Shown one piece after another: positions 59,394-64,000 of a stretch of DNA of 64,000 nt. The DNA is taken from contig CM119374.1 of NCBI GenBank assembly GCA_051294905.1, positions 22,196,001 through 22,260,000 of the forward strand, read 5' to 3'. The translations under genes and the position numbers were made by a program. Every line of letters starts with the position of its first letter. Position 1 is the stretch's first letter. A model generated the notes under the pieces. It had not been told where the DNA came from. It searched no databases and worked only from the letters and a program-made list of their open reading frames with translations. The DNA comes from Botryllus schlosseri. Its lineage: Eukaryota.

Positions 59394-61529
59394 TATCGCT
59401 TTAAATATAGTTAAAAGTCGACGAGGGTTCCATGGCGTATCACGAGACAATATTTCGCATCGTACGCAGTGCACGAATAATTGTGTAATGTCGAGAGTGT
59501 ACACTGTATACAGTGTACACTGTATACTAAGCAACCGGATTCGAGATATGAACTAGTACATCTCGGAGGAGATTGCTCTCGTCACGATGTGCTGTTGATA
59601 ATTACAATCTACGGTGGGCGATATACTGCGAGAGGATCCAAATACTTGATTCCGCATTTACTCATATATCCAGAGACAAATCAAGTATCGTATTTCAACT
59701 TACACCAGTTGCTCTGGTAATAACTGTTACGCAAACTGCGCTGTGCGCTAATTTTTTTAAATGGAAAATTCTAACTATTTCTGATATTGGCTACGATATG
59801 ACGACACGGCTGTGTGTGTTTCGTGCCTGCGGTGTTTCGTACTGTGAATGGCAAGAGAATTAGGTCTGGGTACACGGCTTGAGTTTCAGCATGTAGTCTA
59901 TATGGTTGTAATCGTTATGATACTTGGTAAGCCTTTGATAATCTCTATTTATGATTAGGCTTACATAGTTTTGGGAATGTGCCCGAAGCTTCCCGAACGA
60001 CTGAAAGGCAATACTCAGCAAATCTCAAAGTCACGGTATTATCAAATAATATTGGCTATTGTTGTTATTATGGATTAAATCGGGGTGCATCAGTGGGATC
60101 AGATTCGATTGCGGTCCGAAACGGCGTCATCGCACGCTTCGTGGTTACGATTTATGACCGACGGTTACTCAGAATCATATATATCCAACGGCGATACATA
60201 TAGTATATGTAGCTGTAGGGTATACTCGATGCAGTCACGTTAACTCGAAAATAAAATAATGTGAAACTATTTGCATAATTTCATGGGAGGTATAATAAAT
60301 CAACTTTAACTCACCCTCATAGTAACGTGACTCATATCATTGTTACGATCGCATAAGGCACGATGTAAGTCAGCATCGAACAAGCGATAGTATATCCGTG
60401 CAATGAGGAGTATTCCGGTTGGTGCATATATAGCATAGGTCGAAATTCGCCGTATGACTACAGGCCCTATGCAACCAAATATTGGCCGTAAATACGACCC
60501 ATTGTCATATTTTTCACTAGATATTTAAAGATATGAAGTCTAGAGTTACTCGAACGTGCTCGCATGGGCCAAACCAGGACAGAGATTCATAGCGGGAGAA
60601 GTGTGACATTATAATGTGCTGTCGATGCCCAAGGAGAAGTGTAATGTAGTCTGGATTAAAAATGTAAGATAGATAGCCTTAAAATATGAGGTATTAAAAT
60701 GTTAATATAACATATAATTATATCTGCTGTTGGCACAAACTCTACGGCATAAAAGTATACAAACGATCAGAAGATTATTTCTTGCTGAAAACAAGTATAC
60801 ATCTGCATTTGTGCGAAATAGTATCTCATTATCGGAATCTTCTGTTGTTAGAGGAACGAAGGACATGTCCAATTCTCCATAGCATGTATCACATTTTTCT
60901 ATATATATTCCATGTCATGTATATCTAAGTACAATCTCTTGAATTCGGGTGAAAGTATTTTTATAGTAAGTTCCGTCAAGCACCGATGCAAGAATGAGGC
61001 ATCAAAGCAATTTTACTACGAACCGGACGTTACATCAACAAGACTCACGAACAGCTGTGGGACGAATTCGTTCGGCATACTAAGCCGTTATATGGGCTAT
61101 ATTTTGACTATCACTGAGACTTTAAAATAAAACCTTTTGTTTTATACGGCGTATAATTTATATCATCGCATGCGTATAAGTTTCATATAAACATTCAGGT
61201 TACTCGTAATTATAAGGATGTAGATTGTGCGAAGTCAGGATGTAATTATGAACGATAGCTGACTGCTTGTATATTCATTATATATTCACCATTTAGCCAT
61301 TAGGTTGGATTGAAAAGGACGGCGTTATAGGCCCGCAAATGTGCATGTGTGTTTCTGTTCATCTATGGTAGGAAATGTTTGCATATGCTAGTCATTAATT
61401 TCTATTGCCTCATTCCATTGGAAAGTATACCTTATTCGCATCTCGTGGACCTTAACATTGAGTCCTTGATCAAGTCAACGCATCTGCACGTCCACAAAAT
61501 TGAAGTACATCTTATTTGAAAATGCTAAA

Positions 61530-64000
61530 ATGGATTTAAAGCAAAATAACGTCATCCAGTGGATTGTCATATCTATGATTGCACTTGCAACGAGTCAAAC
61601 TACAGATCATCGCACTAACGAGCGACGTAATCCACCAACTACTGTCTCGGAACAGAATACAACAGAATCCGGGACGGATGCGGCTACCATTTTGCCAAAT
61701 TTTCCCATTTCGTCAAATGTTACCGAAACAGCTTTTACACATATTGAGTCTGTGAACAGTGATTCCACATATACCAACGCCACTGCAATCGACATTACGA
61801 CTTTGTATTACAACGCATCCAGCACAATTAGTCGTTTCGACCGCGCGGTGTGCAGGGACTATCCAATCCCTGTCGCTGAGTTCAAAGACGAATGTTGCGC
61901 GTACCAGTACCGGATATACACGCAACGTTGGATGGCCGGGTCCTACTACCTTGTCACTATACTGGAGCGGATGAAAAGATGGGGCTGTAGGGAGTTCAAG
62001 GATGAATGCGGTGCAAATCCAACTTGGCCTTTCACAGAATACTCAAGACGAATGTACGATCTGTTTTGTCGCCGTGATCATCTCGAGAGTGCTTGTTATG
62101 AAGAAGTCGAAGACACTGCAAAGAGCTACAACTTCATCCAGGAACCAACCAACGGGAGCTGGAAACACCTCATCGAGACACTGGATTCGAGTCACATGCA
62201 TTTCCGCGATCTCACAAAGTCGTGCATACAAGTTGCGCTGTTCGATCGCTTGGATGGCGGGCCTGGTAGATTCCATGAAGTTGTAGAGCCGTTCGCCCCG
62301 TTCTGCGGACTCCAGTGGCAGGGCTACGATTACAACACGGCGCAATATCGCGATGTCTCTCCGTGGACAGGCATGAGTATATGGTACGTAAAGTGCAGTT
62401 ATGAAGTAACCAAGGATTATACTCGGAGATTTGAGAATTGTCCGTGAGATCCTCAAGAGCTTATATTACAAAATGAACCGAGCCGCCAGAATATACATTG
62501 TTTGGTGAATTATATCCTGTCGGACTTAGGGTTGCATTTAAAACAAACGGTGTTTTGAAACACTTTGTTCAAAACATGTTTTAAACAGTGTTTCAAACAA
62601 AGGCCCTTAAAAAATTTGAGATTTTTTAAGTTGTAAAATTATGTCATAATTGTGTAAATACTTTCCAAAAAACATGCACCGCGAGCCTACGGACAATTGC
62701 CGCCCGATATGGCCGACGTATATCGATATGGGATGGTTGGAACCCTCGAAATTGTCGGTTCAACATTAATACTACAGATATTTCGTCAAACGAGCTACAT
62801 TTACCCTAGATTTTTAATAGTCAATGTCAACCACTACGACGTCAGAATTGAAAATTCGTGATGTCATGATTTAAAAAAAAAGAAAAAAGAAATAAAAACA
62901 AGTTTTAAACAAGGGCCTTGTTTTAAACATGTCTGTTTTAAATTGATTTTTGTTTTAAATGCATCCCTAGTCGGACTCATTTCCGTTATTAGACTTTTTC
63001 ACATCTTGTAATTTTATAATCATCCCGTAAGCATATTTCGTACATGTACCCGACATAGGATATAAGCCCTATGTGCAATATGTGCAACAGGCATTACCAT
63101 ATATTTCTTCGGGGCCACGAGACAAAAAGTTATAGACTACCCAACCATTTGTGGCTTCTACACGTTATTCATAACTACTTGTCAATATCATACTAGCGCT
63201 CTGTTTTTATTAGGGTATTTATCCAGTCCCGAATGCAGGGTTGTAACAATGTCACAAGGTTCCGAGTCACAAGTCAATCTCCCTTTTATAGTTTTGACTC
63301 GAGTCAAGTCGAGTCATTTTTAATTCACCACCGAATCAAGTCATAGTCCAAGCCAGTGAGTAGAGGGTCGAGTCCGAGTCATAGGGTTGTTACCCGAGTC
63401 CGAGTCAAAGTCATTGTCTTCACTGTTAAGTTTTGAGTTCAATCCTGTCCAATCCACTTTCTTCAGCTCTGCTCGAGGTATATAGAATGACTCGCATTCA
63501 TAATTTTTAAATTTTACTCAGTCTTAACAGTTTCTGGTCCTATTTTTAATAACCAGGACTGATTGACAAAATACCAATAATGTGGTGATTTTACTATTCT
63601 TCGAAGTTACAATGAAATGTGTGTCTTGGCCGTCCTAGTCTCGAGTCATATGACTTGCTTCGATTAATGGACAACCACACGAGTACAAGTCGAGTCAATA
63701 TCCAAATTGACTCGAGTCGAGTCGAGTCATTTAACGCAGTTGAAAAATTACTCGAGTCAAATCGAGTCACCTAAAATCGTGACTCGAGTCGGACTCTAGT
63801 CATCACAGCCCTGTCCGAATGCCAACATTCGATTCGACACAATAATTTTAACACACTATCGAATTCATAATGTAATTTTCTATTTTTCTAGGTGCCGTTC
63901 AAGCATAATAATATGCGTCCTCGTGATGGCGATAGCGGGGACCGCGACAATACTTTCCAACATCCTGATTCTGGCTGTATTTGGAACATCAGAAAGATTA
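61530..64000 (+). CDS. Class A-like GPCR with N-terminal 10-Cys ectodomain, paralog C (3' truncated by window end)
   Basis: Exon 1, 61530-62383: MDLKQNNVIQWIVISMIALATS, T/S-rich stalk, Cys domain. Phase-2 intron 62384-63891 (TG|gtacgt ... ttctag|G). Exon 2 from 63892 reads (W)CRSSIIICVLVMAIAGTATILSNILILAVFGTSERL, i.e. TM1 homologous to A and B. Confidence 0.85.
62527..62969. mobile_element. hAT-type MITE (TTTAAAACA-array family) in GPCR-C intron
   Basis: TIRs TAGGGTTGCATTTAAAACA / TGTTTTAAATGCATCCCTA; exact TSD GTCGGACT (62519-62526, 62970-62977). Confidence 0.9.
63236..63813. mobile_element. hAT-type MITE (second GACTCGAGTC-array family) in GPCR-C intron
   Basis: TIRs CAGGGTTGT / ACAGCCCTG; TSD CCCGAATG / TCCGAATG (7/8); GAGTC arrays like 48779-50024 but different termini and interior. 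Confidence 0.82.

Overview
Eukaryotic, AT-rich, intron-containing genomic DNA from an animal. An ascidian/tunicate-like invertebrate is my inference from compact GT-AG introns and gene content, not proven. I reconstructed six spliced genes by hand with consistent splice phases: (1) the 5' part of a serine carboxypeptidase (SCPEP1-like, minus strand, runs off the left edge), with a type II membrane anchor and an unusual Q-S-Y nucleophile motif; (2) a complete 12-exon RBBP6/Mpe1-family gene with DWNN and RING domains but no zinc knuckle, one RING cysteine replaced, and tandemly duplicated phase-0 exons; (3) a 4-exon ciliary CFAP97D2-like gene with an X-box-like motif upstream; (4-6) three paralogous two-exon class A-like GPCR genes (the third truncated by the right edge). 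Their first exon encodes a signal peptide, a glycosylated stalk and a conserved ~190-aa 10-cysteine ectodomain that I cannot assign to any known family; this is the most interesting system here. Intergenic and intronic DNA is dense in transposon relics: 15 hAT-type elements with recognisable 8-bp target-site duplications (several nested), a foldback hAT derivative with ~900-bp inverted arms that both carry the transposase 3' end, a 9-bp-TSD foldback element with telomere-like repeats, a split Penelope GIY-YIG fragment, two tRNA-derived SINE families and a (CA)33 microsatellite. Most short ORFs in the supplied track are spurious.
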